Counted from the stretch's first letter, positions 5,884 to 15,768 are shown. The stretch: DNA of 18,183 bases from Candidatus Thorarchaeota archaeon (GCA_048884785.1 JBHLQM010000017.1:1-18183); one strand, 5' to 3'. Numbers and translations are program-made. The notes: generated by a model from the sequence alone, not told the origin.

Positions 5884-8778
5884 ATGTCGCGAGGCAATAG
5901 ATTTTGGTCCATCGGTTATGCTCTGACTTCTATTAGGAATAGACCTTTGAAAAGCATGGGCATTGCATTACTGCTTTCGATAGGAGTAGCTCTACCCACC
6001 TCAGTCTTTGCATGGAGTGCAACTGCTGAGTATGTTACTTTTGAAACCTACTTCTCTGAGAATGCGTACCAGATGCTTCTCAAACCTCCCGAATATAATC
6101 AACCTAATCTAGCCCTCTTGAAGGAAGCCAGTGACTACACTGAAACTAGCTATTTGGTCGAAGCCGCGGATCTTTCAATAAGCACTGTTGCTGTGGTAGT
6201 GGGTCCTGGAATACCTAACTTCAGATTCTATGATGTTTTGACGCCAATGGAAGCACAAGGTATGGAAGATACCAGGGTAATACCCGTTTCGGAGGAATCG
6301 TTTGAGTGGATAAAGGGGGAGTTTGTATGGATGGGGAATTCCACGCTGACATCAGAACAGATTGCTGTTTCATCAAAATTTCTCCAGCATTGCGCTTTGG
6401 CGATGAACATTGACTATACTATTGGGGATCAAATCTCAATCGATATAATTACGAAACCTGAGTTTCGAGCTAACAGGTTCCAAAAGGAGTCCTACAAACC
6501 CATCCGATTGGAGAATGTTACAATTGCCGGAATATACGACCCACTGAAATTGAATACACTATTGGGAGATGCTCATCAATCTATTATGAGGGATAATACT
6601 TGGACATCCTACCCTGAGGACAATATGCCTGTTTTGGGTTTGAGTGACTCCATCTTTATTCTTGATGAGTTGCTGAATTCAAGTACTCTGGAACGAATTG
6701 AGATTGAAGGCTGGTTTGCACCGAAAGTTCTTGTTAGAGCGAATTTTGAGCGATTGCTGGACGCAGGATCTGGCAAAACTGAAGAATCTCTATTATCTAT
6801 TAGAGAACTTTTGCATGAGCGATACCCAGATGTTTTGGTGAAATCTGTTGGAGAACTAGAAGCTCTGACTGATTATATTGACCTTCACCTGAGAAATCAT
6901 ACTTTTACTCTACTTGGATTTCCAATCATCATAATGAGTCTGTTTTTAACAATTTTTACATCAAAATCGTCTATTATAAAGAGAGAAGACGAAGTAAGTA
7001 TTTTGAGATCGAAAGGAGCTTCATACAATCAGGTATTGGCCTCGATTATCTGGGAAGCTGTTATCCTCGCCCTTATCAGTCTCGTCACGGGAATGCTTCT
7101 TTCATTTCTCATTGTGCCAACAATGGGCGGGGCAGTTGGTACATTCATGATCGACCCTTCAGAATTCGTTCTTTATTTTACAAGAATAAGGTTTCCAGCA
7201 ATTTCAATTTTTATTGCCGGAGTTATTGCATTCTATCTTCCCGGGCTCTACCTGTATCATGTAAATATGCATGTCAAAGTGGATGAGATTGGCCAGCCCA
7301 TTGCCAAGTCAATACCTGAGGAGATAAAGGAAGAAAAGCTGTGGAAGTTCACGTCAATTTTCGTACTATTGCTATTGCTTGTTTCGTTTCTCCCCTCTGT
7401 TTACACTCCTTCAGGGATATCGGCTGCATTGGAGGTAATGGTGCTAACTTTTACTCTTTTCATTGCCTCATATACTGGTTCAATTATGATGCAGCAAATT
7501 GTGTCACGATTCTCAAAGTACCTGAATGTCTGGACCGGAGAAATCTCATTATATGTTGCACAAAGCCTGCAACGGCGAAGGGGTCAATTCATTCCGCTTT
7601 TGGTCGTCTTGATGCTAACGCTTTCAACAATAACAATAGCAATCATGGAGAGTTCAACAATTGACACAACTACCAGGAATGAACTTGAGTATGCATATGG
7701 AGCTGATATTAGAATTGATACCTATAATGGCAAGAATTTCCTTTCTTTTCGTGAAGAACTAGAGAGCTATGAATGGATAAAAAGCTGCACAGCAGTTGCT
7801 TCAGTAAATGCAAAACTTGGCTCTGAAAATTTTCGTGCATTGGGCATTGATCCTACTGAGTACAAAGAGATATGCAACATTGGTTCAGCTTCATTCAATT
7901 CAGGAAATGCTACTTATACACTTAATGAGCTGAATTTGAATCAGAATGGTATCATCATCTCGGAATATCATGGTGAATTGCTGAATTTGTCTGTTGGCGG
8001 AATTATATGGGTCTCAATCTATGACGGAGAGGCGTTTCGGAGCTGCGGATTCAAAATTGTAGGATTTATGAAGAGTGCTCCGGGCTTTGGAGTTGCGGCA
8101 CAAACTGAATTTCAAGCTGGTTCGCTGTCGGCACAGCTTGGTACGCAAATAGGACCTGGCAGTTTTGTTTTCATGAATCAGCGATATCTTCTCAGCAAGG
8201 CAAATATCACAAAGGCACGGTATTTTTTTGCAGATAGCTATCTGGACCCTTCTCTCCCTCAGTTCTGTGAGGCTTTGCAAAGTAGATATGAAATGAAAGT
8301 AGATACATGTCGTTATTCAACCATCTTCCAAGAAAGTAACGATGCGAGTCTATTCCTTCGAGGTCTGCAGGGATTCACAACAATTTCGATTATTATGTGC
8401 ACTATAATGGGGCTGGCTGCCATTGGCTTCTTTTTCGGATCAGCAATCACTGAAAGGAAACCCGAGTATGCAATTCTCAAGGCAATTGGGGGAACCACTA
8501 AGCAAGTGTCCACCGTGGTCTTGGGCGAATTCGCGAGTGTTATAGTTGCTATCACTTGTGTCAGCCTTCTAATGGGATTGTTCTTTGGTTATGCGATGAG
8601 TATCCTGATATTCACGATTTCACCACTCCAAACCCTTCTTCCCATTGTGCAATCCGCAAATATTGGAATTATCCTTGCGATTTCGTTGGCTGAGCTAATT
8701 GTGATGCTTATTGCCTGTTTTCACTCCTCAAAAACTGCTGGTACCACAAATATGCTTCAGGAGTTGAGAAACCTATGA
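5884..8778 (+). CDS. FtsX/MacB-type (ABC3) transporter permease with duplicated FtsX domains
   Basis: Two FtsX signatures (KREDEVSILRSKGASYNQV..SIIWE and ERKPEYAILKAIGGTTKQV..VVLGE), two large extracytoplasmic loops, multiple TM segments. ATG 5884 follows GGAGGGTG (alternative GTG start at 5878). Confidence 0.9.
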   Translation: MSRGNRFWSIGYALTSIRNRPLKSMGIALLLSIGVALPTSVFAWSATAEYVTFETYFSENAYQMLLKPPEYNQPNLALLKEASDYTETSYLVEAADLSISTVAVVVGPGIPNFRFYDVLTPMEAQGMEDTRVIPVSEESFEWIKGEFVWMGNSTLTSEQIAVSSKFLQHCALAMNIDYTIGDQISIDIITKPEFRANRFQKESYKPIRLENVTIAGIYDPLKLNTLLGDAHQSIMRDNTWTSYPEDNMPVLGLSDSIFILDELLNSSTLERIEIEGWFAPKVLVRANFERLLDAGSGKTEESLLSIRELLHERYPDVLVKSVGELEALTDYIDLHLRNHTFTLLGFPIIIMSLFLTIFTSKSSIIKREDEVSILRSKGASYNQVLASIIWEAVILALISLVTGMLLSFLIVPTMGGAVGTFMIDPSEFVLYFTRIRFPAISIFIAGVIAFYLPGLYLYHVNMHVKVDEIGQPIAKSIPEEIKEEKLWKFTSIFVLLLLLVSFLPSVYTPSGISAALEVMVLTFTLFIASYTGSIMMQQIVSRFSKYLNVWTGEISLYVAQSLQRRRGQFIPLLVVLMLTLSTITIAIMESSTIDTTTRNELEYAYGADIRIDTYNGKNFLSFREELESYEWIKSCTAVASVNAKLGSENFRALGIDPTEYKEICNIGSASFNSGNATYTLNELNLNQNGIIISEYHGELLNLSVGGIIWVSIYDGEAFRSCGFKIVGFMKSAPGFGVAAQTEFQAGSLSAQLGTQIGPGSFVFMNQRYLLSKANITKARYFFADSYLDPSLPQFCEALQSRYEMKVDTCRYSTIFQESNDASLFLRGLQGFTTISIIMCTIMGLAAIGFFFGSAITERKPEYAILKAIGGTTKQVSTVVLGEFASVIVAITCVSLLMGLFFGYAMSILIFTISPLQTLLPIVQSANIGIILAISLAELIVMLIACFHSSKTAGTTNMLQELRNL

Positions 8779-10391
8779 GAAAGGGAATCACCTTCGTGTT
8801 GTCAATGATCCTTATCCTCCTGACAGCATCGTTTTTCATTTCTAGCTATTTTGGGCCGCCTGTTTCTTCTGATGCCTACGATCCAGGACCTATTGTTTTC
8901 AGGAGCTATCTGGGTGGTAACTTCAAAGAGGAAGTCATTGAGGTTGAAGTTGATGACTATGGAAACGTGATTCTTGTTGGATATTCTGATTCTGAGGAGT
9001 TTCCTTTGGTGTCACCAAATAACCACCGTTTCGGATTGACTGATGTTTTCGTGGCAAAGGTTTCTCCTACGGGAATGTTGCTATACTTTCTCCTATTTGG
9101 GGGCAGCTCACATGATATTGCAACTGATGCCTTTGTTGAGCATGATGGACGGATTCACATAATTGGATATTCTGCATCATCCAATCTTCCAGCAACTGAT
9201 GATGCTTTTCAACATACACTAAGTGGAAAGTCAAATGATACCTTTCTCATGGAGATTTCCCCGTTTGGAGAACTGGTGTACTGTTCATATTTTGGTGGGT
9301 CCAAAGAAGACTATGGATATGGGATAATAGCTGATTCAAGTGGTGGGCTTGTGTTCGTCGGTGTCACATCTTCAAGTGATTTTCCCCTTCTAAATGCAGA
9401 ACGAGAAGACATGGCAGGAGAAACAGATCTATACCTTGCAAGACTTGACTCAAATCGGTCGCATTTATCATATTCTACCCTTTGGGGTTCAGATGAAACA
9501 GATGCGTTCAATCAACAGGGTGACCCAATAGTGGTTGGAAATAATGATAGGCTATTTGTTGCAGCTTCAACAACCAGTCTTTCCTATCCAGCTACAAGGG
9601 GACCTCGAAATCAGAGCCTTGATGCGTTTATTGCGTGCTTTAATAGCTCAGGTTTCTTGATGAACAATCATTTTGTGAATTCTAGCTCGATGGATGATGA
9701 AGATGATTTCATTTCCACGATTGCCATTGGCCCTGATGGGATGATATACTCTCTTGGAACAATCCATGAGAAAGTTGGTCGAGCCCTAAATGGATCAGGT
9801 GCATACGCCTATCTCAATGAAAAGGTCATGGTTTCGAAAATGGATCAGGATTTCAGCAAGAATGAATTGACATGCTATCTTGATGGGTATTTTGCCACTG
9901 CTACTGACATGAGGATAAGTGCAGAAGGGTCTATTCTTATTACCGGGCAGACAGAGAGCAAAAGATTCCCTTGTATAAATCCCATTGAGGAATACTCAGG
10001 TGGGTTTGATTCATTTCTAACAATAATCGAATCTACTTCATTCAGCATTACGTCTTCTTCATGTCTTGGGGGACTCAATAATGAATTGAGTACTCATATA
10101 GCAATTGACCAACGCGGCACTGTAGTCTTGGCGGGAAGTACCAATTCGATTGACCTGATTCCAGTGAATCCATTTCAATCCAGGAAGGCTGACAGTGGCT
10201 ATCGATATGATGCATATGTTTTGAGCTTGAATTTGAATAATATCGGCTCTGAAACGATATCACCAAACCAAATTACATTCTCTGGTGATATGATAGGCAT
10301 AGCAATTGCGATTTCGCCCCCAATATTGGTGGTTGTCGCATTATATTACATCGATATGCTAAGGAAGAAATCTCGTGAAACAAAATCATGA
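8775..10391 (+). CDS. SBBP-repeat (beta-propeller) cell-surface protein with signal peptide and C-terminal TM anchor
   Basis: Repeats such as SYLGGNFKEE, LFGGSSHDIA and SYFGGSKEDYGYGIIADSSGGLVFVGVTSSSDFP, plus D(V/A)FVAK-type strands; hydrophobic N- and C-termini with a basic tail. ATGA overlap with the permease stop. Confidence 0.85.
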   Translation: MRKGITFVLSMILILLTASFFISSYFGPPVSSDAYDPGPIVFRSYLGGNFKEEVIEVEVDDYGNVILVGYSDSEEFPLVSPNNHRFGLTDVFVAKVSPTGMLLYFLLFGGSSHDIATDAFVEHDGRIHIIGYSASSNLPATDDAFQHTLSGKSNDTFLMEISPFGELVYCSYFGGSKEDYGYGIIADSSGGLVFVGVTSSSDFPLLNAEREDMAGETDLYLARLDSNRSHLSYSTLWGSDETDAFNQQGDPIVVGNNDRLFVAASTTSLSYPATRGPRNQSLDAFIACFNSSGFLMNNHFVNSSSMDDEDDFISTIAIGPDGMIYSLGTIHEKVGRALNGSGAYAYLNEKVMVSKMDQDFSKNELTCYLDGYFATATDMRISAEGSILITGQTESKRFPCINPIEEYSGGFDSFLTIIESTSFSITSSSCLGGLNNELSTHIAIDQRGTVVLAGSTNSIDLIPVNPFQSRKADSGYRYDAYVLSLNLNNIGSETISPNQITFSGDMIGIAIAISPPILVVVALYYIDMLRKKSRETKS

Positions 10392-10459
10392 GGAAAAGCA
10401 GATATTACAGAACATCTACCGTATGCAAGTCTGTGACATATCATGTTCGGTGTGGTATC

Positions 10460-12181
10460 ATGACATTATTGATGAAATTGGCATATCTATTTGGTCCTTT
10501 CATTAGACTGGGTAATTCGGTAAAACGCGCAGTTACTCCAACAATCAAGCGAGTTTACTCCCCGAAATCGTCTGACCATACCTATGAAATCGGGCACTGG
10601 AATAATGGTCCAATTGTACAAACGAAGTATGGACTTGTTTCTGGCTATAATGACCACAATACATGGTGCTGGAAAGGGATCCCATACGCAAGACCTCCGG
10701 TAGAGAAACTAAGGTGGAAGGCACCCCTCGACCCTGCTCCTTGGCTTGGAATACGAAAGACGAGGAAATTTGGGAGTTCCGCCGCACAGATAATGCTCTT
10801 TCTTGGTCCAACGGGTTCGGAAGATTGTCTGTACCTCAATATCTGGCGTCCAAGGAGTTCAGAAATGAATTTGCCAGTCTACCTGTATATACATGGGGGC
10901 GGAAATTCAATTGGCAGCTCTGCCACTTCATCATATTATGGCAATGCTGTTGCTGAAAAATCAAACATGCTGTACATCTCGGTCAACTACCGCCTTGGGG
11001 CAATGGGCTGGTTTATGCATCCGGCCGTGACATCCAGCGGCTCTCCAGAAGATAGGAGTGGGAATTATGGGACTCTTGATTTGGCGAAATCGCTAGAGTG
11101 GGTGAGGGACAATATTGAAGCCTTTGGTGGCGATCCGAATAATGTCACCATTGCAGGCGAATCAGGGGGAGCTTTCAATGTGCTTTCACTCCTGGTTTCT
11201 CCTGCTGCAAAAGGGCTGTTCCACAGAGCTATTGTAGAAAGTGGCCTACCTGCAATTGGGAGTACTGAAGAGGCAAAAGCTCAGAGTGATAGGCTTCTTG
11301 CTTCTCTACTCATTCAGGACCGGAAGGCAGGGAGTGAAACGGAAGCCAAGCATTTGATTTACAAGATGGGAGAAGATGAAGTCAACGATTACTTACGCTC
11401 GAAATCAGCCTTCACCATCATAAGAAACGTTCCTACTTGGGATTTTGGAATGGCTCAGTGGCGCAGTGTCTTCAATGACGGGATAGTAATACCAGAAGAA
11501 GGAAACGAGGTGTTTGCATCCGGAAAGTGGGCAAACATGGTTCCGGTGATTATTGGTTGTACCAAGGACGAAATGAAACTCTTTGGTCATTTCAGACAAG
11601 ATCCTCCACTAGATTCGCCCGAATACGACTTGGTATGGGATTATCACTCTTTGTTGTGGCGTGCTAGCGGTGTGGATGGCATAGTTAGAAAAATGACTTC
11701 TCGCAGCAATCTGCCTATCTATGTATATCGCTTTGATTGGGGATCTCTGGATAATGATGGACTGAGTGTTCTACCAGGAACCAAAGGTAGGGACTTGGGT
11801 GCACATCACGCCTCGGAGATACCTTTCTTCCTCGGGATGGGAGAATCTGATATTGCCTTGTTGGTGGGGAAGACACACACGACACGGAATCGACCTGGTC
11901 GTGAGAAGCTTACTGCTCTGTGCATGAGTTACTTGGCCAACTTCGCTCATACAGGAAATCCCAACGGAGACGGTCTTCCTCGTTGGCCTGTCTGGAACAA
12001 CTCAGATGGTCAGGAAAAGATACTGATTCTTGATGCAGGTTTCGAAGAATTGCGAGTATCATACATTTCGGAAGCAATCACCGTTCAGAATATTATCGAC
12101 TTAGTAAACTCTGAGATTGAGTCCTCTCAGAGGGAAAGAGTGCTGAACATGCTGAATGATTTCATATCATTGAGAGGCTAG
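10460..12181 (+). CDS. Type-B carboxylesterase/lipase (para-nitrobenzyl esterase-like)
   Basis: KGIPYARPP..LRWKAP, SEDCLYLNIW, IHGGG oxyanion motif, FGGDPNNVTIAGESGG (catalytic Ser), KDE (Glu), GAHHASE (His). ATG 10460 after GGTGTGG is preferred; the ORF is open from 10388. Confidence 0.92.
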   Translation: MTLLMKLAYLFGPFIRLGNSVKRAVTPTIKRVYSPKSSDHTYEIGHWNNGPIVQTKYGLVSGYNDHNTWCWKGIPYARPPVEKLRWKAPLDPAPWLGIRKTRKFGSSAAQIMLFLGPTGSEDCLYLNIWRPRSSEMNLPVYLYIHGGGNSIGSSATSSYYGNAVAEKSNMLYISVNYRLGAMGWFMHPAVTSSGSPEDRSGNYGTLDLAKSLEWVRDNIEAFGGDPNNVTIAGESGGAFNVLSLLVSPAAKGLFHRAIVESGLPAIGSTEEAKAQSDRLLASLLIQDRKAGSETEAKHLIYKMGEDEVNDYLRSKSAFTIIRNVPTWDFGMAQWRSVFNDGIVIPEEGNEVFASGKWANMVPVIIGCTKDEMKLFGHFRQDPPLDSPEYDLVWDYHSLLWRASGVDGIVRKMTSRSNLPIYVYRFDWGSLDNDGLSVLPGTKGRDLGAHHASEIPFFLGMGESDIALLVGKTHTTRNRPGREKLTALCMSYLANFAHTGNPNGDGLPRWPVWNNSDGQEKILILDAGFEELRVSYISEAITVQNIIDLVNSEIESSQRERVLNMLNDFISLRG

Positions 12182-13147
12182 AGTTACCACAACATTGCCT
12201 AGCTTGCCGCCTCGTTCAACAAATCTATGTACTTCAACCATCTCTTCTAATGGGAATGTCCTGTCTATGACTGCCTTTATGGTTCCTGCTTCTATGAGCT
12301 CTCTTAGCTCGATCAATCGAGTAGTCGAATAGGTAGCTGGTCCATGAATTGCTAGCATATTGCTATTCCTTGCTTTCGACCTTTCTCCTCGAGATATCAT
12401 TCCGTTTCCTTGAAGATAGACCCCATTCTGATTTAGCGATTTCATACAACCCGAAAAACTTGTCACGCCCACAACGTCAAAGATTACATCATAGGTGTTT
12501 CCCCTCTCTGTAAAAAGCTCCTGTTGGTAATCTATAAGATGGTCTGCACCCAAATATTTCAGCATGTCAAATTTCCCTGCACTATCCACGGCAGTTACTT
12601 CAGCTCCCTTGGCCTTAGCTAGCTGGATTGCAATGGTGCCTATCGACCCTCCGGCTCCATTGACCAAAACACTCTGGCCTTTCTGAATATTGGCTTTGTT
12701 CATAAAGTGTAGTGCTTCTGTTCCCCCGATTGGAATTGTGGAGGCTTCCTCGAAGCTCATGCTGGTTGGCTTAGCGGTAACAAGTCCCTTTTCAGACATG
12801 GTCTTATATTCCGCGTACGCTCCTAGGTCAAGTTCTGTACATGCAAACACTTGGTCACCTGGCTTGAATAGTGTAACGTCCCCTCCGACCTCTTCTACAA
12901 TTCCCGCTAATTGTTGTCCAAGTATCTTCTTCCTCGGACCTCGGATTCCAAACCCAACGCGTATTAGAAGCCGGAACCCAAGACTGTAATATGGGAAATT
13001 AAAACCTCGGAGTTCACAGTCGCCAAGTATCACTGTAGTTGCATGATTTCTAATCAAGATTTCATCATCTTTTGGCTGGGGTTTGTCAACCTCCTCAAGC
13101 CTTAGAACATCTGGAGGACCATATCTAGGGCATACAATCGCTTTCAT
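12167..13147 (-). CDS. Zinc-independent MDR, NAD(P)-dependent quinone-oxidoreductase-like (paralog 1)
   Basis: MKAIV..YGPPDVL, GAYAEY, VLVNGAGGSIG, YDVIFDVVG, VIDRTFPLEEMVEVHRFVERGGKLGNVVV; no structural-Zn Cys4 lobe. Confidence 0.9.
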   Translation of the reverse strand: MKAIVCPRYGPPDVLRLEEVDKPQPKDDEILIRNHATTVILGDCELRGFNFPYYSLGFRLLIRVGFGIRGPRKKILGQQLAGIVEEVGGDVTLFKPGDQVFACTELDLGAYAEYKTMSEKGLVTAKPTSMSFEEASTIPIGGTEALHFMNKANIQKGQSVLVNGAGGSIGTIAIQLAKAKGAEVTAVDSAGKFDMLKYLGADHLIDYQQELFTERGNTYDVIFDVVGVTSFSGCMKSLNQNGVYLQGNGMISRGERSKARNSNMLAIHGPATYSTTRLIELRELIEAGTIKAVIDRTFPLEEMVEVHRFVERGGKLGNVVVTLASQ

Positions 13148-13170
13148 GATATTCAGAACACCTTCGTATG

Positions 13171-13204
13171 AAAAAAAAGAGTGAGGAGACCATTAGGGTC
13201 TCCT
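13171..13204 (-). terminator. Hairpin plus U8 terminator after the 122-aa membrane protein gene
   Basis: Minus strand: AGGAGACC-CTAAT-GGTCTCCT-CACTC-TTTTTTTT (perfect 8-bp stem, 13184-13204; A8 at 13171-13178 on +). Confidence 0.7.
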
Positions 13205-13211
13205 GATTGAG

Positions 13212-13580
13212 TTATTGGTCAGGTTCTAACAGAAGCCCTGGCAGAAGGATGAGCAATCCAAGTAGGCTAAAGCCAACAAGAAGCTGTATTATCCCAAGAA
13301 GGGTGAACCCCGTTCTGTGTGCCATTGGATCTTTTCGCCAAAGATAGATGACAGCCAGATAGATAAGCTCAACCAATGCAAAGGCCGCCAATACTCCAGG
13401 AATAAATAATGGATAAGCTTCAAGGAATGCTCTGGCCGTGGGATCAGCAATGAATGATCCGAGGTCTATGAATGAGAATGCCACTGCAAAAGCAACCGCA
13501 CCCATTATTGTTACAATAATCATGAGGACTACAAAGAGCATCGCATACCATAAAACTCTCTGAGCCGTTTCTGTTCTCAT
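13212..13580 (-). CDS. Hypothetical multi-TM membrane protein (122 aa)
   Basis: Three to four hydrophobic segments; strong AGGAGG SD upstream of the ATG. Confidence 0.8.
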   Translation of the reverse strand: MRTETAQRVLWYAMLFVVLMIIVTIMGAVAFAVAFSFIDLGSFIADPTARAFLEAYPLFIPGVLAAFALVELIYLAVIYLWRKDPMAHRTGFTLLGIIQLLVGFSLLGLLILLPGLLLEPDQ

Positions 13581-13735
13581 TTTTTATCCTCCTTCTCTTA
13601 CTCATATCGAGTAGGCAAACTATTCTACAATTCTTACCTTTTGATAAGTATTTTCATATTTCGATATCTTCTGACACTATTCATTATCTTAAGACCAAAC
13701 TTTGAGCAGCTAGTATTTTGGCGGGCTCTCTGCCA

Positions 13736-14050
13736 CTATTCGGGAGATTCAATAACTTGATAGTGAGCAGATACATCATCAAATCGCGACAAGAGCAGTC
13801 TTGCCTCTTTTGGCACAACAGCAGTTTCATACTGTTCTCCTGCAAAAGCGCGGACTGCATTGATATCATCAAACCACATGAGCGTAACAAATTCAACGCC
13901 CTCATCTACATCTCGACGAAGAAGATGAATGCCAAGATATCCCCTAATTGATTGATTTGCGATATTGGCGAATATCTCATTTCGCAATAATGCTTCATAT
14001 TTGTCGGCATTCTCTTGGGTTGTCCAACCATGCCAGATACGACTAATCAT
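13736..14050 (-). CDS. Antibiotic biosynthesis monooxygenase (ABM)-like dimeric alpha-beta barrel protein
   Basis: MISRIWHGWT..ENADKYE..., GYLGIHLLRR, EFVTLMWFD..AVRAFAGEQYETAVVP.EAR.LLSRFD....HY pattern. ATGA overlap with the upstream MDR stop (14047-14050). Confidence 0.8.
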   Translation of the reverse strand: MISRIWHGWTTQENADKYEALLRNEIFANIANQSIRGYLGIHLLRRDVDEGVEFVTLMWFDDINAVRAFAGEQYETAVVPKEARLLLSRFDDVSAHYQVIESPE

Positions 14051-15027
14051 ATGTTATCCTCCATTGAGATTGCAACCTTGCCAAGAGCAAGGCCGTCTTC
14101 AAGATATTTGAGAGCAGCAGGTAGTTTCGCAAGCGGGCAGCATCTGTCTATCACAGGGACAACTTCGCCTGAATCATAGAGACCTTCTAAGAAGTCCATA
14201 TCTTCTTGATTGTATGCATCACCCCATAAATTAAGCCCCAAGTGTTTGTTTACTTTTCCGGAAATACGAGGTCCCAAGAAGATGGCTTGAAAGATTGCTT
14301 TTCTGGACCCCCCTACCATAACAAACAGGCCTCCTGGATATAGCACTCGCTCATATTCGGATATCGAATGTCTGGCAACAGTGTCGAGAATCACATCATA
14401 GCATTGGTTGCTTTTGGTATATTCTTCTTTAGTGTAATCGATAACATGATCACAGCCTATAGACTGCAAGAGATCCAATTTCCTTGCGCTATCCACTCCA
14501 GTTACTTCTGCTCCGTAATGTTTGGCAATTTGCACCGCAAAGGTCCCCATTCCGCCTCCTGCGCCGTTGATGAGTACTTTTTCTCCTGCCATGATTTGCC
14601 TCTTGCCTCGCAGTGCTTGAAGTGCAATAATCGCAGCCTGGGGGTACGTTGCTGCTTCTTCAAAGGTCATTTTGCTTGGTTTCATTGTCAACACATTTTC
14701 CGGAGCACAGACATATTCCGCGAATGCACCAAAACCCGATGTGAACAAATCACCCATGACTGAATCACCCGGTTGGAATTTGGTTGCGTTTGTACCAGTA
14801 TCTTCAATTACCCCAGCCACATCCGATCCCGGAATACGGTGTTTCGGTCTCAAAGGTCCTGTAAATCTCGCTGTCAATGCGCCTCTTTGGATTTCAAAAT
14901 CTGCTGCGTTCAGTGAAGCTGCATGAACTCTGATCAGGACCTCGTTATCCTTTGGTATTGGTTTCTTCACATCCTCCAATCGAAGCCTTTCGGGAGATCC
15001 ATATCTTCTGGTAATAATCGCTTTCAT
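14047..15027 (-). CDS. Zinc-independent MDR, quinone-oxidoreductase-like (paralog 2)
   Basis: MKAIITRRYGSP (ATG 15027 after GAAGGG), AASLNAAD, PGSDVAG, GAFAEY, VLINGAGGGMG, VVPVIDR..GLALGKV. Confidence 0.9.
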   Translation of the reverse strand: MKAIITRRYGSPERLRLEDVKKPIPKDNEVLIRVHAASLNAADFEIQRGALTARFTGPLRPKHRIPGSDVAGVIEDTGTNATKFQPGDSVMGDLFTSGFGAFAEYVCAPENVLTMKPSKMTFEEAATYPQAAIIALQALRGKRQIMAGEKVLINGAGGGMGTFAVQIAKHYGAEVTGVDSARKLDLLQSIGCDHVIDYTKEEYTKSNQCYDVILDTVARHSISEYERVLYPGGLFVMVGGSRKAIFQAIFLGPRISGKVNKHLGLNLWGDAYNQEDMDFLEGLYDSGEVVPVIDRCCPLAKLPAALKYLEDGLALGKVAISMEDNI

Positions 15028-15075
15028 GAGTGTCCCTTCTTCAGCTGGATGTAAATTATGTATCACTAATATCAA

Positions 15076-15738
15076 CTATGGGATGATAAACGGAGTGACC
15101 AATAGCCATCCTCCTAAGATGAGTTCGAAAATCCAAATCAGCAGACCTCCCACGTTCCAGAGAGCCTTGAAGTCAGGTCTTACACGTGCCATGGCATTTC
15201 CGATGCCATAGATACTACTGGCAACAATTCCAAACCATCCAATTATAACTGGGATAACTCCAGATATGGCAAATAGGATGGAGTATGATAATGTGCCAAC
15301 TGAGAACAGGATTTGGGCGAAAACAAAGGTAGAGTTCTTTGATTTGAGAATACCTAATGACAATTCACTGAATGTCTCCTTTTCGGCGTCGTTCGCTTGT
15401 GAGTATTTGCCTGCGATATCGAGTAAACCCCAGTAATTCTTCTTGTTATAGATTTGAATCAAACCTTCCAATCCTCTAGACACAAGCCAAGCTACTCCCA
15501 GTATGATGTTATATGAACCAAAAGCGATGAAGAGAGTAATCGATAGAGCAACAATAGCAGTATGCTCAATGACCACTAACCCTGTCCCAGTTCTAAACTT
15601 TCTTGGATTCTCTGCAATCTTCTGCAATTGCCCTTCTGCGTCTAATTCACTAAAAATCTCATAGCCATATTTCGAGGTTGCAGATACTACAACTACAATG
15701 ATAAACAGGAAAAGAAATCCAGAAATTTCAATGAACAT
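15076..15738 (-). CDS. DUF4386-like multi-pass membrane protein
   Basis: 220 aa, about 6-7 TM segments; ISGFLFL, SRGLEG, VIPVIIGWFG and FELILGGWLL motifs match my recollection of DUF4386. Confidence 0.7.
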   Translation of the reverse strand: MFIEISGFLFLFIIVVVVSATSKYGYEIFSELDAEGQLQKIAENPRKFRTGTGLVVIEHTAIVALSITLFIAFGSYNIILGVAWLVSRGLEGLIQIYNKKNYWGLLDIAGKYSQANDAEKETFSELSLGILKSKNSTFVFAQILFSVGTLSYSILFAISGVIPVIIGWFGIVASSIYGIGNAMARVRPDFKALWNVGGLLIWIFELILGGWLLVTPFIIP

Positions 15739-15768
15739 TATCCTTCACAGACGATGCCCGGATTGGTG

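Noticed and set aside
816-11599. Other short nested or antisense ORFs (816-1010, 1185-1427, 1779-2069, 3477-3764, 5360-5674, 7341-7664, 10663-10956, etc.)
   Set aside because: Fully contained in well-supported genes, with no motifs or independent signals.
13684-13951. Alternative ORFs 13684-13905 (-) and 13718-13951 (+)
   Set aside because: They overlap the clearly recognisable ABM-like gene.
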